Source: Gekko japonicus (lineage: Eukaryota). Taken from it: DNA of 64,000 nt. Shown here piece after piece: positions 1 to 13,457 of the stretch (positions are counted from its first letter, which is position 1; every line of letters starts with the position of its first letter). The position numbers and the translations under genes were made by a program. The notes beneath the pieces were generated by a model. It was not told where the DNA came from, ran no database searches, and was given only the letters and a program-made list of their open reading frames with translations. Location of the stretch: NCBI RefSeq assembly GCF_001447785.1, contig NW_015168653.1, forward strand, positions 1-64,000. The letters are read 5' to 3'.

Positions 1-2209
1 TTTCCTGGAGAAGTTGGCATAACAATCTCTGCTGTTGGCATTGAAACACTGCTGCTTAATTTCTGTTGTGTGTCTTTCATTAGGGCTGCTTCTTTCTATC
101 ACAGTGATCAGGAATCACATTGTGAACATGACGTCACACACCACCAACTGGCAAACCAGATTTAGCGTTTGTTCCAATCACTGTATCTGTAAACAATTTC
201 AATATTGCAAGGCCCTTGCTATTGATGGGCTTGGGAAATAAACTCATGTGGCATGGGGGGAAAGGGATCATAAATGCTGTTATGGTGCCTGTCTCTAGGG
301 ATGGTAGTAAAATCTCACAGACTTGTTCACAACCACCACCCCATCATTGAAAATCATGGGCTCTTTATGTTACTTGCATGCAAATATGTAAAATTTGGGG
401 ATCTGTCTCAGTTTGTCCTTAATAAGTACTGTTGTTTAGTGTTGCCTCGGTCCAGTGTGGGGTCACCCTTTCTCCGCTCTGGTTTATTTAGCCTCCCAAC
501 GTAATTTTTCAGAAGAATCCAGTTTTAGTTCTGGGGGAATACATCCCTTCTTGGTGTTCCTCCCAAATTCTAGCAGTTGTGTGAAGACAGATCTGTGCAT
601 TTGTCATCTTCAGTCTATTTATTTGCACAGCAGCTGTTCTCTTAGAGATTAGGCTGTGAATCTAACCCCAGAGAATCTTCATTAATTCAAATTAATCATC
701 TGATCATTTTCTTCCTACTGGAGCATTTTATTATCTCAAAGCACTTTCCACTTTTATATGCAAATTTTGTCCTGAGTTTTGCAAAAGTCTATAGCAATTA
801 AGCAAAGCAAAAAAAAAAAGTGAGGAATTTCTGTTTTAATTCCTTTGCAGTTGATAAAATGGAGAATCCAATAACAAATACTGGTAACTGTCTTAGTAAT
901 ATTCTTTCCATTCTTCATACACAAATGACTTTCAGATAATCCAAATAGATGATGTTTTGCATCTTGAAAACAGCACTGGGGGGGGGTCCTTCACCCCCCC
1001 CACAGTCCCCAGCAGGATAATGCCTCTGTGTCACTTTAAAAAATAAAAATAAAAGCTCAGAAATGGCACCACATGCCCATGGCAGACAAGCTTGGCTATA
1101 AATTTCAAGATAGAACAATAATTTCTCGTATTTCAGATCTTCTAGCCAACTTGATAGTCTAGAATGTGTTTCTATATACATTATTCCTCTGTAATATGTG
1201 TATGTACAGAGAAAGTAGCATGTGAACCAGAACTGCATGCATACTTGACTTTTTGGAGCCACTGCAATGAATCATGGAAATTAGACTATTCATGTGCATC
1301 CAGGTACATCCTGCTTCCTCCATAGGAATGTCAGCATATTCTAGACTGGGAACATTTGTGTATAGGAAGTCAGTAGTTCACTCTCAGCTGGTCTAGAGTC
1401 CATCCATTAAAATGCCTAGGTTGCCCCAGAGCTTATATTTACATAACATGACCTGGGCAAAGATTATTTCTCTTTGGATCAGATATTACAATGAAGATGA
1501 AGCAACCTATTCTGGTTAGTCCACCAAAGTTAAGTAATGACATTATCTCCTGAAAATGCCACATGTATTTTGGCCCTAATGGTGCTCAGCTGGTCTATAC
1601 AGTGACTCCCGGTGCTGTCCTTAGCAGACTCTCACCTGTGTAAATCCATTGACTCAGTTTAGGATTACTCTCTAAGGGTGAGTTGAACCTGTCGTTCAAC
1701 TTTTACCTGAACCAGAATCTGGGCTATTATGCTTTAGCTTCCCATCAGTAATATGGGTATGATGATACCCATTCTGATCTTACCTGACCTATAGCATTCA
1801 TAGAAGGATGACTGAAATAGCATACTTGAAATTCCTCAAATAGAGTAAGCTAAAGTTCTATGTCAATTGTAATTTTAATTCTTCTTCAGCAGCTGCTTTT
1901 TATCAGGGACAGCCTTATGACACACAAACTTCAGGAGGTCCACTTTGGAATCAGATGCTGTAAGGCGCATCTATGTGACTCTGCGTACAGGCAGAACTGT
2001 GGTTTAGTTATTACTGAAGTGGTAAACCTTTGTCTTAGCTGTATCACAATTCCTTCCTTTTAGAAAGCCGGTATGTTGAGGAGAACATTAGGTCACTTCT
2101 TTCTCATTTTGAGTTGGATAGGATCTGGAAGATCTAAGTGTGAATCCCTGCTTTGCCACAAAGATTGCTGGGTGACCTTGGGCCAGTCTCTCTCAGCCCA
2201 GCATTCCTC

Positions 2210-2213
<4 letters not shown>

Positions 2214-2263
<50 letters not shown>
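2214..2263. repeat. (TG)n microsatellite, forming the tail of the adjacent 5S-derived SINE
   Basis: About 25 TG units seen directly. Confidence 0.95.
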
Positions 2264-2264
<1 letters not shown>

Positions 2265-2444
2265 TGCCATCAAGTCACAGCCAACTTATGGTGACCCAAG
2301 CAAGGGGCTTTCAAGACAAATGAGAAGCAGAGGTGATTGTGCTCTTTCTGCAGAGTCTTCCTTGGTGGTCTCCCTTCCAAGTACTGACCCTGTTTAGCTT
2401 CTGAGACCTGGTGAGATCGAACTCTGCCATGCCTCCTTCCCTCC
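2264..2444 (-). mobile_element. 5S rRNA-derived SINE, short-promoter subfamily
   Basis: The reverse strand reads agctaaacagggtcagtacttggaagggagacc (5S box A and box C), followed by a BovB/Sauria-like tail. Confidence 0.75.
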
Positions 2445-3043
2445 ACCTTTGTCATTAGGTGAGGATCAAAAAAGAAAGAGGAACCACATACATCAGTTTT
2501 GATGCAGAGGGAAGGTTTTGTATGAAGGAGTAGTCAGTCATGTGACTCACAGCCTGCAATCTGTAGTGGTACTCCTAAATTGCAGGTGTTCTGCCTCAGT
2601 GAGAACTAGGCCTCTGTGTGTCACTTGAAAATGAGGTCCAGTCCAGGGGCAAGGAATGGTGGAGTGTATTGTTGCTGACTACTGCAATAACATACAAACA
2701 AGAGGTGCACAGAATACATGATTGTTTTCTAAATTAAGGACATCGTGATCTGCTCAGTATTGAGATGGAAGCAAGTGCTAGTATAAAGAAGAAATTTGAA
2801 TTAAGAGATATCAGTGGCGTCTCAAAAACGCTTGAAGGGAAGGACCTTGGAGAGAGGTTGTTCAAGACAGAGTGTTTGGTTTTATCCATAATCAGCTGAA
2901 GTGTAATTGAAAAAGAAGACAAATGATAGGGTTTTCAAGAGAGTTGAACAGCAATCTGAAAACAAGGAATCAGTCACTATTCGTAGCATGTCATCTTATT
3001 CCACTTTTACCTCTTGTGAATAGGGTTTTCAGGTCTTTATATT

Positions 3044-3300
3044 GAGAGCCAGTTTGGTGTAGTGGTTATGAGTGGCAGAACCACTCCTCCACATACAGCT
3101 GCTGGAGTGACCTTGGGTCAGTGACAGTTCTCTCAGAGCTGTTCTCTCAAGAGCAGTTCTTGAAGAGCTCTCTCAGCCCACCTACCTCACAAGTTGTCTG
3201 TGGTGGGGAGGGGAAGGGAAAGGAGACTGTAAGCCACTCTGAGACTCCAAGTGGTGGGATATAAATCCAATCTCTTCTCTTCTCTTCTTTCCCTCTTCTT
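3044..3300 (+). mobile_element. tRNA-derived SINE, Squam3-like (gecko type with CT-rich tail)
   Basis: GAGAGCCAGTTTGGTGTAGTGGTTA head (A box); body shared with copies at 50036, 53394 and 58200; (CTT)-like tail. Confidence 0.8.
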
Positions 3301-3388
3301 TTTTTTTAAAAAAAAAATCTGAGAAACTCTTTGACCAGAAATGACAAAAAATAAACTTCTGTATACTGTGGGCCAGTACAAACATAAT

Positions 3389-3559
3389 GGGTTAGATACA
3401 GCTAGCTTTTAGCTCAATTCCACTCATTCTCTTCCTTACTACAGCCCCATCCCAAATGCCTTTTGTCCATGAAGGTTTCACAATGCTCAGCATGGCCCTG
3501 TTCATAGATGACCCCATCCTCCCTTTTTCACTAGCCAAAAACCAGACTGGATCCCATCT
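3389..3559. mobile_element. Short non-autonomous DNA element (GGGTTGGATCCA-type ends)
   Basis: Imperfect terminal inverted repeats (TIRs); homologous, in opposite orientation, to 38741-38924 and 24052-24200. Confidence 0.5.
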
Positions 3560-4212
3560 GTTAATTAACCGTGTTTGAGTACAAACTGTTGAGGCAGAGG
3601 AAGGCTACTTAGGATGAAGAAAGGCTTCAGACTTTGCTAAGAGGAGTGGCTGAATCCACATCATTAGGAACCCATAAATATGTGGGTTTATTAATATAGG
3701 CTTCAATACGGTTTCTCAGCCGTGTCTGGTCCCAAAATGATTTACATTCTCTGTTGGGTGAGCCAATGGATGCGAGCTTTAAAAAAAAGCTGGAGAGAGG
3801 GAAGGCTCTCAGCTGGAACTGGTTTGTAGGGAGACATCAGTGAGAACTGCTAGTCAAGCAGAGAGGCTGAAGAGCAGCCATAAGCATTGTATGATGCATG
3901 CAGATATAACACTTAACCATGATTAACATAACCCATGCTTTGCAAACTCACAATAATCCTTGGCGGTTTCCCACTCTTCACCCCTCTGGACTGCTCAGCT
4001 CTGCCTATCCAACTGTGCGCTCTGCCTCACTGTAAATATTTGGGGGTGGGGGAATCTTCCACGATTTAAGCCTTTTCTGGAAAGAAACGACCCCAAACAT
4101 TTCCGCTACTACGGCTATGAGAATGGCACGGTACTTCAAGGAGTAGCAAAAGGATGATACTGTTTATTTAAGGAAGGTGTTCATTAGAAGTAATAAACAC
4201 TTATCCACTGAT

Positions 4213-4903
4213 GCTAAACCCCTTCTCTCTCCATTCTATTCTAGGGGGCCTCCCCTTCCCTTCCCTTCCTCAGCTGCCACTGCGGTGCGACTCCAAAGCG
4301 ACTCCAAAGCGAAGGGGTTTAAACTTTAAACCCCTTCTCTCTTTGCTTCCCCCCTGCCTGCCTTGGCAGGCTGTCTGGGGAAGGGGAGTTTTGAAGATGC
4401 CCCCCCTTTTGCTTCCCCAGCCAAGGGGGGGGAGCGAAGAGAAAAAGAATTTAAACTTTAAACCCCTCCTCTCTGGAGTCGCGCTGCAGAAGCGGCACGA
4501 TCTCGCCATTCTATTCTATGGCCCCATAGAATAGAATGACGAGATCTTGCCGCCACTGCAGCGTGACAAAAGTTTAAACCCCTTTTCTTTTCACTCCCCC
4601 CCCCCCAGCCTGCCGTTTGCTTCCCAGCCGGGCTGCCAAGGAAGGCTGGGGGGGATGGGAAGCGAAGAGAGAAGGGGTTTAAAGTTTAAACCCCTTCTCT
4701 TTGGAGTCGCACCGCAGTGGCAGCACGATCTTTCCATTGTATTCTATTGGGCCATAGAATACAATGGAGAGATTGCACTGCTGATGCAGCGTGACTCCAA
4801 ACTGAAGGAGCTGGGGGCGTGGCGGGAAGCTCGGAGTGGGGCTTGCCACCAGCGGGGCTGCTGGAGCAGCACTCCAGCGCGCTCCAGCCCAAAATGACCC
4901 CTG
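4213..4903. mobile_element. Truncated non-autonomous hAT element with internal nested palindromes
   Basis: The right end aaatgacccctg matches the TIR of the 46175-46579 element and its subterminal sequence is homologous; no left TIR seen; multiple internal inverted repeats. Confidence 0.65.
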
Positions 4904-5561
4904 GCCTGACTCCAGATCCTCAGAATTTGTCCCATCAAATTTACTTGAGCAAAAACTATTGGTAAGACTTTACTCCACCACTTTTTGTAAAGCTCTATGG
5001 GAATTTTTTGAGGGCTTGGAGCTTTCCCTGAGTGCCTTTGCACTATCAAGTACGGAAGGTGATCATTAAAAATAGGTGAATGCTACTGAACTTAAAAGGA
5101 ACAGGCCCTATTCAGCTTTTAAATTCAGCCACAAGCAATTCCTGGATTTTAAATTAGGACCTTGGGCTTGGCAATATTGAAGCTCGTAAGGAGATCACTG
5201 GTTTTCCATTCATTCCCTTGAAACCCATCTGAACACATGGCGATTAGGCTAGAGAGGCTGGCTCTGGCCCTGACACTTGGTTTGCAGATGCACTGGTGGT
5301 TTTGCCTTTATTTTTCAGATGCCCAGTTTTCTGCAACAACAAGGATGAAAGCAAAAGTTTATTTTTTTAAAATGTCACAGTTGAGCAAAAGTCTTGATCT
5401 TCTGATATTTGCAAATATAGTAAGTGCCTTAGTTCCTAAACTAATAAAATGCAAATATATATGCATGCCAGGCAAACCATGCATTGGGCACTATCCAGAG
5501 GAGCCAGCTTTCTTTGCATAAGCATACAAAGTTTTATCTTTTAAAATGGGTGGCTTTTCAA

Positions 5562-6443
5562 ATGGTAAACGGAAGTACATCTTCACCCATGAGTAAGCCA
5601 CACATGGAATTCACTGCCTCAGGAAGTGGTGGCAGCTAGGGGTGTACAGCATAAACCAAGCTGAAAGAATAGCCAAAAAATACCTTCCCGGTATTTTGGG
5701 GGTATTATTTAAGCCAAATACAGATCAGATAATCTGATCAGCTACCAGTATAGCTGAGCCCAAATAAAAGCCAGGGGTTGGGTTTTTTTGCTTTTATTTG
5801 GGTATATTCAACTATACCTTTGACTAGGGCAGTAGGAGCTGAGAGCTCTGCACTGCCCCAAATGACCCTCTCTTGCCTCCCCACCAGACACAGATCTTGG
5901 GCCCAGCTTCTCCTGCAGTAAACTGAGCTGCAGGAAAAGCCAAGCCAGCCCCAGGGTCAGTCTGTTTTTTTAAAACATGGTATTTTTATCCTCGGATCTG
6001 TTGGACCCGAAAAAAAATATCAGGATTTCCAAAAAAAAGATGCCAGATCAAAATAGCATACCGTATTGGGATCTGGGATTTTTCAGAAATACCTAAGTTT
6101 TTTCAGGTCCAATAGAGTTGAGAAGAAAAAAACTGCTTTGTGGGGGTTTTTTTGCACACCCCTAGTGGCAGCTACAAGCATAGACAGCTTCAAGAGGGGA
6201 TTGAATGAACATATGGAGCAGAGGTCCATCTGTGGCTATTAGCCACAAGGTATAGATGGAACACTATGTCTGGGGCAGTGATGCTCTGTATTCTTGGTGC
6301 TTGTGGGGCAACAGTAGGAGGGCTTCTGGAATTCTGGCCTCACTGGTGGACCTCCTGATGGCACCTGAGTTTTGGCCACTGTGTGACAGAGTGTTGGACT
6401 GGATGGGCCATTGGCCTGATCCAACATGGCTTCTCTTATGTTT
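5562..6443 (+). mobile_element. CR1 LINE 3' end, interrupted by a hAT element at 5637-6164
   Basis: ORF2 C-terminal remnant (...WNSLPQEVVAA|TSIDSFKRGL...) and typical 3' UTR ending ggcctgatccaacatggcttctcttatgtt. Confidence 0.85.
5637..6164. mobile_element. Non-autonomous hAT DNA transposon (528 bp)
   Basis: TIRs TAGGGGTGTACA / TGCACACCCCTA; exact 8-bp TSD GTGGCAGC (5629-36, 6165-72). Confidence 0.9.
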
Positions 6444-7313
6444 AGGGTGGGTTTTTTTTTTTTTTTTTTTGCAATATACAATATCTGAGTGAGTAGACAG
6501 AAACACTGCTCTGGATAATTTGAGGGAAACAAATCATTTTATCAGACGTTCATTGGAATTTTGAAAAATAACCCTCATGGTGTCTTGAGAGAGAATCTAG
6601 GGGGAGCCTAGAATTTGGCACTCTGTGATGACAGCATTGCTATGTGCCTGGGATTAGAAAATCCAGGCCCTACGGCAGCTGTTCTTTGGAGCCTTTCCCT
6701 GCTGCTTCCCCCTCTTTCTTGAATTTACTGAGATGAGGGTGATGACAGTGTGTTTCCAAGAACCACTGAGGTCCCTGAATGCTCCTGGACATTTCAAAAT
6801 TATTGTTCATCTCTTTTGTTATAGTGAACTGTATCTCTTTAAAAAATCAGCTTTTGCTTCTCATTCCTTCTGTGTTTGATGGATGGCGGGAACCTCACGC
6901 AGAATCTTAATTTGGTTTTATTGAAAGAGGAAACTATATTGAATGGTTAGAAAATATATGGAGTCATTTAGCTGTCTTTCAGGCATTATAAAGCCACTTA
7001 ATGTAGGTTGTAATTGTATCATTAAGTTTACCCTTACTTGGAATTAAGTTTATATAAGGTCTACAGAAATTAATTGTGGTTTGAGATGGGGGTTGCCCTC
7101 CCATTAGTAACAGGCTAATGATACATGTGAGTTCATTTATAGAACAGAGCACAAAATCACTTAATATAGATTAATTACCTTTACCCACATAGTCATCTTT
7201 ACAATACAAAGTAAAGAATGGTAGAAGAATATCTTTCTGTAGTCTTTCATTCATTTTCTGAATGATGGTAAGGCAGCATTCATTGAATCCAGCATGGTAA
7301 TCCTGGCGTGCCA

Positions 7314-7520
7314 TGACTTGGATGGCTTAGGCTAGACTGATCTCGTCAGATCATGGAAGGTAAGCCATGTTGGCCCTGGTTAGTACTTGGATGGGAAACC
7401 ACCAATGACGTCCAGGATTGCTATGCAGAGGCAGGCAATGGCACACCACCTCTGTTCATCTCTTGCCTTGAAAACCCTACGGGTTCACTGTAAGTCCACT
7501 GTGGCTTGACGGCACTTTCT
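7314..7520 (+). mobile_element. 5S rRNA-derived SINE (5S-Sauria-like)
   Basis: gatctcgtcagatc...ccctggttagtacttggatgggaaacc matches the 5S body; tail ggcaatggca..cacctctg...ccttgaaaaccc. Confidence 0.8.
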
Positions 7521-7861
7521 AGCACCATGAATCCTAGAACCCACACATGGAGACAGCTCACTTCTTTGCTCAATTGCTAGGATGTGGTACAATGCCTTCA
7601 TTTCATGTGTAGGGCTGTTTGTGACAGGGAGCTGGGTCATCTTCTTCCTCCCTTCCTATGGCATGATATGAGATGCATTGGTTATAACTAGACGTAAGGC
7701 AAAGCATATGGGTTTCTTTTACCTGTCCCAGCAACAGCAATTCAAAAGATTAAAGAGGCAAAGGCTGGTCTAGTCCAAAAATATTTCAGATGTTCTTAGC
7801 CCAAAGACTGCTGGGGATTGTAGTTTTCCAAGGCTATTCTTGGGGAGCCCAGACGGGGACA

Positions 7862-8093
7862 TAGGGCTGCCAAGTGTGGGCGGGGAAACCCCCGCTTTGA
7901 AGGCCCAATTTCCGCCGCGGCCGGAGGTGACGCAGCCACGTTGCTCACGTTGGGGATCTGGGCCACGTCCCCCAACGTGAGTGACGTCGCACGTCACTTC
8001 CATCGATGTGGTGGCGGCGCGCGCATCCGGAGCCGGCTCTCGAAGCCGGAGAAGCCTCCCCCGCTGGTGAGTTTGCCAGACTTGGCAACCCTA
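7862..8093. mobile_element. hAT (Blackjack-like) MITE inserted in the head of a 5S SINE
   Basis: TIRs TAGGGCTGCCAAG / CTTGGCAACCCTA; degenerate TSD cggggaca/cctggaca (6/8); CpG-rich. Confidence 0.8.
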
Positions 8094-8280
8094 CCTGGAC
8101 AGCCCAGGCTAGCCTGATCTTGTCAGATCTCAGGGTCAGCCCTTTTCAGTACTTTGATGGGAGACCCTAATGAAAGTCCAGGGTTGCTACACAGAGGCAG
8201 GCAATGGGAGAAAACCTCTGAACATATCTTGCCTTGAAAACCTTATGGGGTCACTGAAAATTGACTGCAACTTGATGGCT
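8094..8280 (+). mobile_element. 5S rRNA-derived SINE
   Basis: Homologous to 7314-7520; box A partly deleted. Confidence 0.75.
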
Positions 8281-10240
8281 AAAATAATTCTTGATGAGCC
8301 ACTGTACCCCCATTGAAGCAGCATTCCAGGAGGCATTTTAGGATGAGGGGGGACAGGAAAGTCACACTTCTGTGGACATTTTAGGTGGGATTCAAGCCCT
8401 TACTTGTCTCCAGTGACTTCACAGCGGGAGGGTAATTTTGCCTAATTTATTTGTACCCTGTATGCAAGCACACAGTCCGATTTAGGCCAAACAACACATG
8501 AAGTGTGCATTTCATGATGAGAATTTTTTGTGGAATTTTTGTTCTTCCTGCGGAGCATAACTGCTTTTTCAGTCGTATGGCATCATTCATCCAATCAGGG
8601 TCTTCTGTCTATCCCAGTCCTTGCTTAGGTTGTGATCAGTCGCTGCTCATACACAAGCTTTTCCAGTCTGTGCCTCTTGACTCGGGAACAGTTCCCAGAG
8701 GAGGTGAGAAAGCCCCTACCTTGCTGGCCTTTCAGAGATGCTGTGAGACTGTTTAGAGAACCTTGAACAGTGTGCCAATAGCACAGAGGACATATTTTAA
8801 TATGGTAGTATGCTGGCTACTTTGCTGTTTATGTTTATAATGTTTTAAATCGCTGTATTCGTTCATTATTTCATTGGCTTTTTAACATATTCCACATTTT
8901 GGATCCCAGCTGTGCTGGAAGAAAGGCAGGTTTAGAAATATTCCATGAGGAATGGGTTAACCAGTTTGTTTCTCCAGAGACTTCTCACCAGTTTTCAGTG
9001 CAGCCATGTAGGGCTGCTAATTATCTCTAAGAAAAGCCTATGAAAGAATTCTAATCACAGAGCTCTCCTGTCCTATATAGTTTGACCCTTAGTTTCTTTT
9101 TCTTGAGTACCAAATAGCATTGCTAAACAAAAGAAGAAAACAGTTAATCAAGAATTTCACTTACATCATTTTCTACTTTGCAATTTACGCAAAATACAGG
9201 ACATTTTAAGGAAATTGCTGTGGAGGTGATGACAGGCCAGCAATCTTCAGACCTGAATGGAAGATAATCATTTTTTGTGCTGTTGTTGTGAACTTTCTGC
9301 AGTATTTTTAGGTTCCTTTTATCATACACCTGTCACTCTCCCCAATTTCCCAGAACCAGAGTATGGTGGTTGAAAGTTTCTTTGTCATAGAGACAATAAC
9401 GTGACGTCTCTCTTCTAGCTGTTTTTTGAACTGCTTGAGGAGAAGCACATCAGGTTGAAAATGCAATGTTAATATATGGCTTGTGGGGCAATTTTGAATG
9501 TGTTCGTATAAATACCTGGCAGGAAAAAGTAGCTGCTATTGGATTTATCTTCATCAGGTGACTGTTATAGAGCAGAAGCTATTAACCACAAGTATTGCAA
9601 AACAGGCAAAGTCAACGCTAGCGTTTTACATATGTTCTTCATCTTTTTCTTTTAAAAAATAAGGATTTTGACTAACAAAAATAAGAACCAGATGAAACAT
9701 CTATAGTTCTGAATGCTGTACTTTTTTGGCACAGATTATAGTTTAGCAAAGAGAAGAGATGTTTGCTCGGGTTAAACAAAAAAGAGTCAGATTTGGATGT
9801 GGCTCTTTTGTCAGCTTGAAAACTTGAGTCAGGTTTTTTAGTATTAGAATTAAAGTTAGATTAAGAAATGGGTCAAACAGCTGTTTCCATAGGTGAGAAA
9901 CGCATAGTAAGAAATGCTTTCCAGTGTAATTTTTCAAAGGATGGAATTGTACCCCTCACCCAAGGAATCCTCCCTGCCAAAGATCAAGCAGACAGGAGAA
10001 AATGTTCTGTAAACCATTAAAATTGTCATATACAGAGTAGGTACAAGAAAGCAAGAACTGGTGTGTGAGTGAACTTTTTCCTCTTTTTCTAGAGAGTGGG
10101 AAGGTCTTTTATTTTTATTTTGAATAGTGCACAGGTGAGGGAAACTTAACCTTTTCTCTTCCATTTCAGTACTCTCGTAAATGTTTCAGAAGTCAAGCCA
10201 AACAAAACACAAACAATAGTGCCTACCCACTGTCACAGAA

Positions 10241-10892
10241 GCCCTGTTCACATGTTGCAGCAAATGCACATACAACCTGCATGTACACCTATTTGTAAGA
10301 AAGCCAACAAGCCTTCACTTTACAAATGAAACCAGGGACCAGTACCTGAATAAACGTGGGCTTTCAATCACATGTTCAGCTGTACATGTGATGACTGTAA
10401 TGCGAAAATTATTCAAGCATGTATACAGACCAATCAAGGGTACACTGCACATGGCTTATTTATTTATTTCTTTATTTATTCCTTCAGATTTGTACCCCGC
10501 CTCAGCAGGCTCAGGGCGGCTTACAGAAGTAAAACATAATAATGTTCAAATATCATAAAACTTCTAAAACCATGAATTAAAACCGTATTATGTCAATGAC
10601 ATTAAAGTGCTAGCTGTAGTGTTTTTACTATCATATAGATGGCAGTATACATTCTATAGATTGTTAATACATGTGTTCAAGATGGATAGCCGTGTTAGTC
10701 TGTCTATAGCAGTAGAAAAGAGCAAGAGTCCAGTAGCACCCTAAAGACTAACAAAATCTGTGGGAGGGCATGAGCTTTTGTGAGCAGTGACTCACACAAG
10801 CTCATCCCCTGCCACAAATTTTGTTAGTCTTTAAGGCGCTACTGGGCTCTTGCTCTTTTCTACATGCATTCAATGTGACTTGTGAACAGGGC
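10241..10892. mobile_element. MITE (PIF/Harbinger-like ends) containing a nested LINE tail and a Penelope remnant
   Basis: TIRs GCCCTGTTCACA / TGTGAACAGGGC; L2-like tail at about 10455-10660 inside. Confidence 0.6.
10675..10863. mobile_element. Penelope-like element remnant (inverted pseudo-LTR hairpin)
   Basis: gtagaaaagagcaagagtccagtagcacc..aagactaacaaaat and its reverse complement about 100 bp downstream; typical squamate Penelope terminus. Confidence 0.7.
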
Positions 10893-11232
10893 AAGAGGCT
10901 GCAGGGAGCTGCTACTGAGTGGATTCTGATGAGAAAATAGGAGACCTTTGGTCATTGGGATAGCCATCAAATTGCAGTCAGCTAAGGGCGACCCGATTGG
11001 AATAGCAGTAGGTAATGCATACCATAGATCACAAAAATGGCTGTTTCAAATAATATGAAGGGACTGACCATGCCTGGATTTGTTTTTAAATAAATATATC
11101 CATATGTATGGTGGCTAAAGCTATGGCAGTAAAAGTCAGTATTTTTACAATCACAGAGAGTTTGCTAAGATGTTACTGGTTTATCTTTGCAAAATAATAT
11201 AGCAAGCTAAAACTAAAGACATGTATATATAT

Positions 11233-12388
11233 ATCATGGTCACAGGGTCATTTTGATCGGTTTTCACCACTGTTCTCTCTTGCATTTAAAATTGCTGATC
11301 AGATGCTGCATCCGCCGCCCGCACTGAAGTGGGCTAAGTCGTGCAGTCCTCCTGGTTCCCTAGCGAGTTTTCTGACACTGGGAAAATCAAGTACTTTCTG
11401 GGTATTTGCGCTTTGAATCCACCATTTGGCCCATCTGGACAGCCATCTCTCGCTGTCATCGGACCGTCCTTCGCGCAATGAGGTTTTTTCCCCCTAGCTT
11501 TCTCCTTTGAGCACATGAGCAATCCTGCACTGAATATATTCATTGCATGAACATTCAAACGCCCATAGACGGTCTTCCTCTCCTCTCTCCTGCCCCCCCC
11601 CATTGGTCCCTGGGTTTCTTGATTTCCAGTGAGGCTCCTCTTGCCAACCGGCTTCCTTCTCTGCCGGGTCTGATCCATCCCGCTCCAGTGTCCACTGCTG
11701 TCCCCCCCCCCCCCATCCTGCGCACTTTCACCAAAAACAAATCTTGCTTTCCACCCCCTCTCTTCACGTGGTGCCGGGAAGGGGGCAGAGAAGCTGACTC
11801 TTTTCCCCTCTTGTCTCCAGAGTTGATCTCCTCCCTCCCCAAACGCCGAGAGGGAACCGTCACTTGTTTCCCCCCCCCCCCGTTACCGCATGGGAAGGCA
11901 GATTACTGGGAGACCCAATGTGATCGTCAGTGGGCTTGGAGAAAAGTGGGAGGGGGCTGCGATGCCTCCAAGAAGCATTCTGAAGGCAGGCGGGTGCTTT
12001 CATCCGGGTTCTCTTCCCTCGCTCCCTGCTACTGCATGTGTTCCTTCTTCACCTTGTTTGGGCTGCAGTAGACATGCCTCGCTGAGCCCAAGCCCACCTC
12101 CCCCAGCACTGGTTCTTCCGGAGCAGACTAGGGGGAGACACTCACAAGCGGGGCATCTTTACTGTGACCCCCTCTTTATTGGATAATCAGTTCTATACTA
12201 CGGCTGTCCATGGAAGCTCCACTGAGCGTTCATGGCTAACAGTTGCTATCTGGACGGTGCCTAAAGCCTCATTGTGCAATACAAGCAGTTCGGGGAGGGA
12301 TGTGTAATCATCCCGACCCACAAAAAATATCCCTGATCAAAAATATATCAGGAACAAATCGCTATAGGTTTGCCATGTGACCACAGCC
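11233..12388. mobile_element. Probable non-autonomous DNA transposon (Harbinger-like), GC-rich
   Basis: Imperfect TIRs tggtcacagggtca / tgccatgtgaccacagcc bracket a GC/CpG-enriched block; no TSD verified. Confidence 0.4.
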
Positions 12389-13457
12389 GAAATGTTTCAT
12401 TTCATGAGAAATACCTTACAAATATTTGCTCTTGAATGATGTGTGTCCTCAATAGAGCTTAAATAGAGCAACTTCCTGGAGTTCTGTGTCGAATGAAATC
12501 ATACCCATATAACCACACTTCTGTAAACATGGATGTTTAAAGGTGAAACTTCATTTTTTTTCTTTTTCTTTTAGCAGTTCCATGCGGTTGAGGCAGATAC
12601 ATTAATTCCTTAAATGTGTTCGAAGGTTTTGAGGCCACTTTGGAATAGTTCTCAAGCGCTTTACTCAGAGGACCCACCCACTCAGACAATGTCATGTTTC
12701 CTTCTCACCCTTTGTACCCAATGTTGTTGAAGCTGAGCTACCCTAGATCTGGTTTCTCTCACTGACTGTTTCAGCTGATTAAAGTGTAATATCCCCAGGG
12801 CTGTTTTCATTTGCTCCCAAGAGGAAGGAGCACTCGGGGACGCAGTTGAGATCCAGTTGTCTTCCTGCCTTCTAGCTGTGCTTAAAATTGAGGTCATGGT
12901 TCCCAAATATTAATGCATCATTTCAGCCGCAGTTTCTACTTAGATTAAATGAACCTTTGGCAGACTGTCCCCCTTTCTATGAATTTCTAGTCTGATCATA
13001 CTGTAGTCTGTCCATGCCCTTATTTATTTCCAAAAGCATTTAGACTGTTAAAGGGGGCTTATTATACACTGATGTATGCTTTTAGTGATATTGCATATTT
13101 AATCATCTGTCCAGTCCATATTCTCCAGTGCCCTTTATACTGGGAACAATGTCACCTTTTTCATGTTCATAAATGACTTACAGGATTATTAGAACACCTA
13201 CTGTATTTTACCTACATCCTCGCAAACCAGCAAACGGGGATTCAGACTGACATGGGGAATTAGTTTGCATGTTTGTGCAGGGAGCAGGAAACCAGATCTT
13301 TTACCCAAAGAGGTGACTGTGAGTAGCAAGTTTCAAGGTGACTGTGAGTAGCAAGGAAAAAGATGACAGAGACCTGATTTAAGGGTTTAAAAAGGAATAT
13401 GGAGTTTGTTGGGGGATTTGGTACATTAATGGGGGGGACTCATCCTAAGCATGTACC

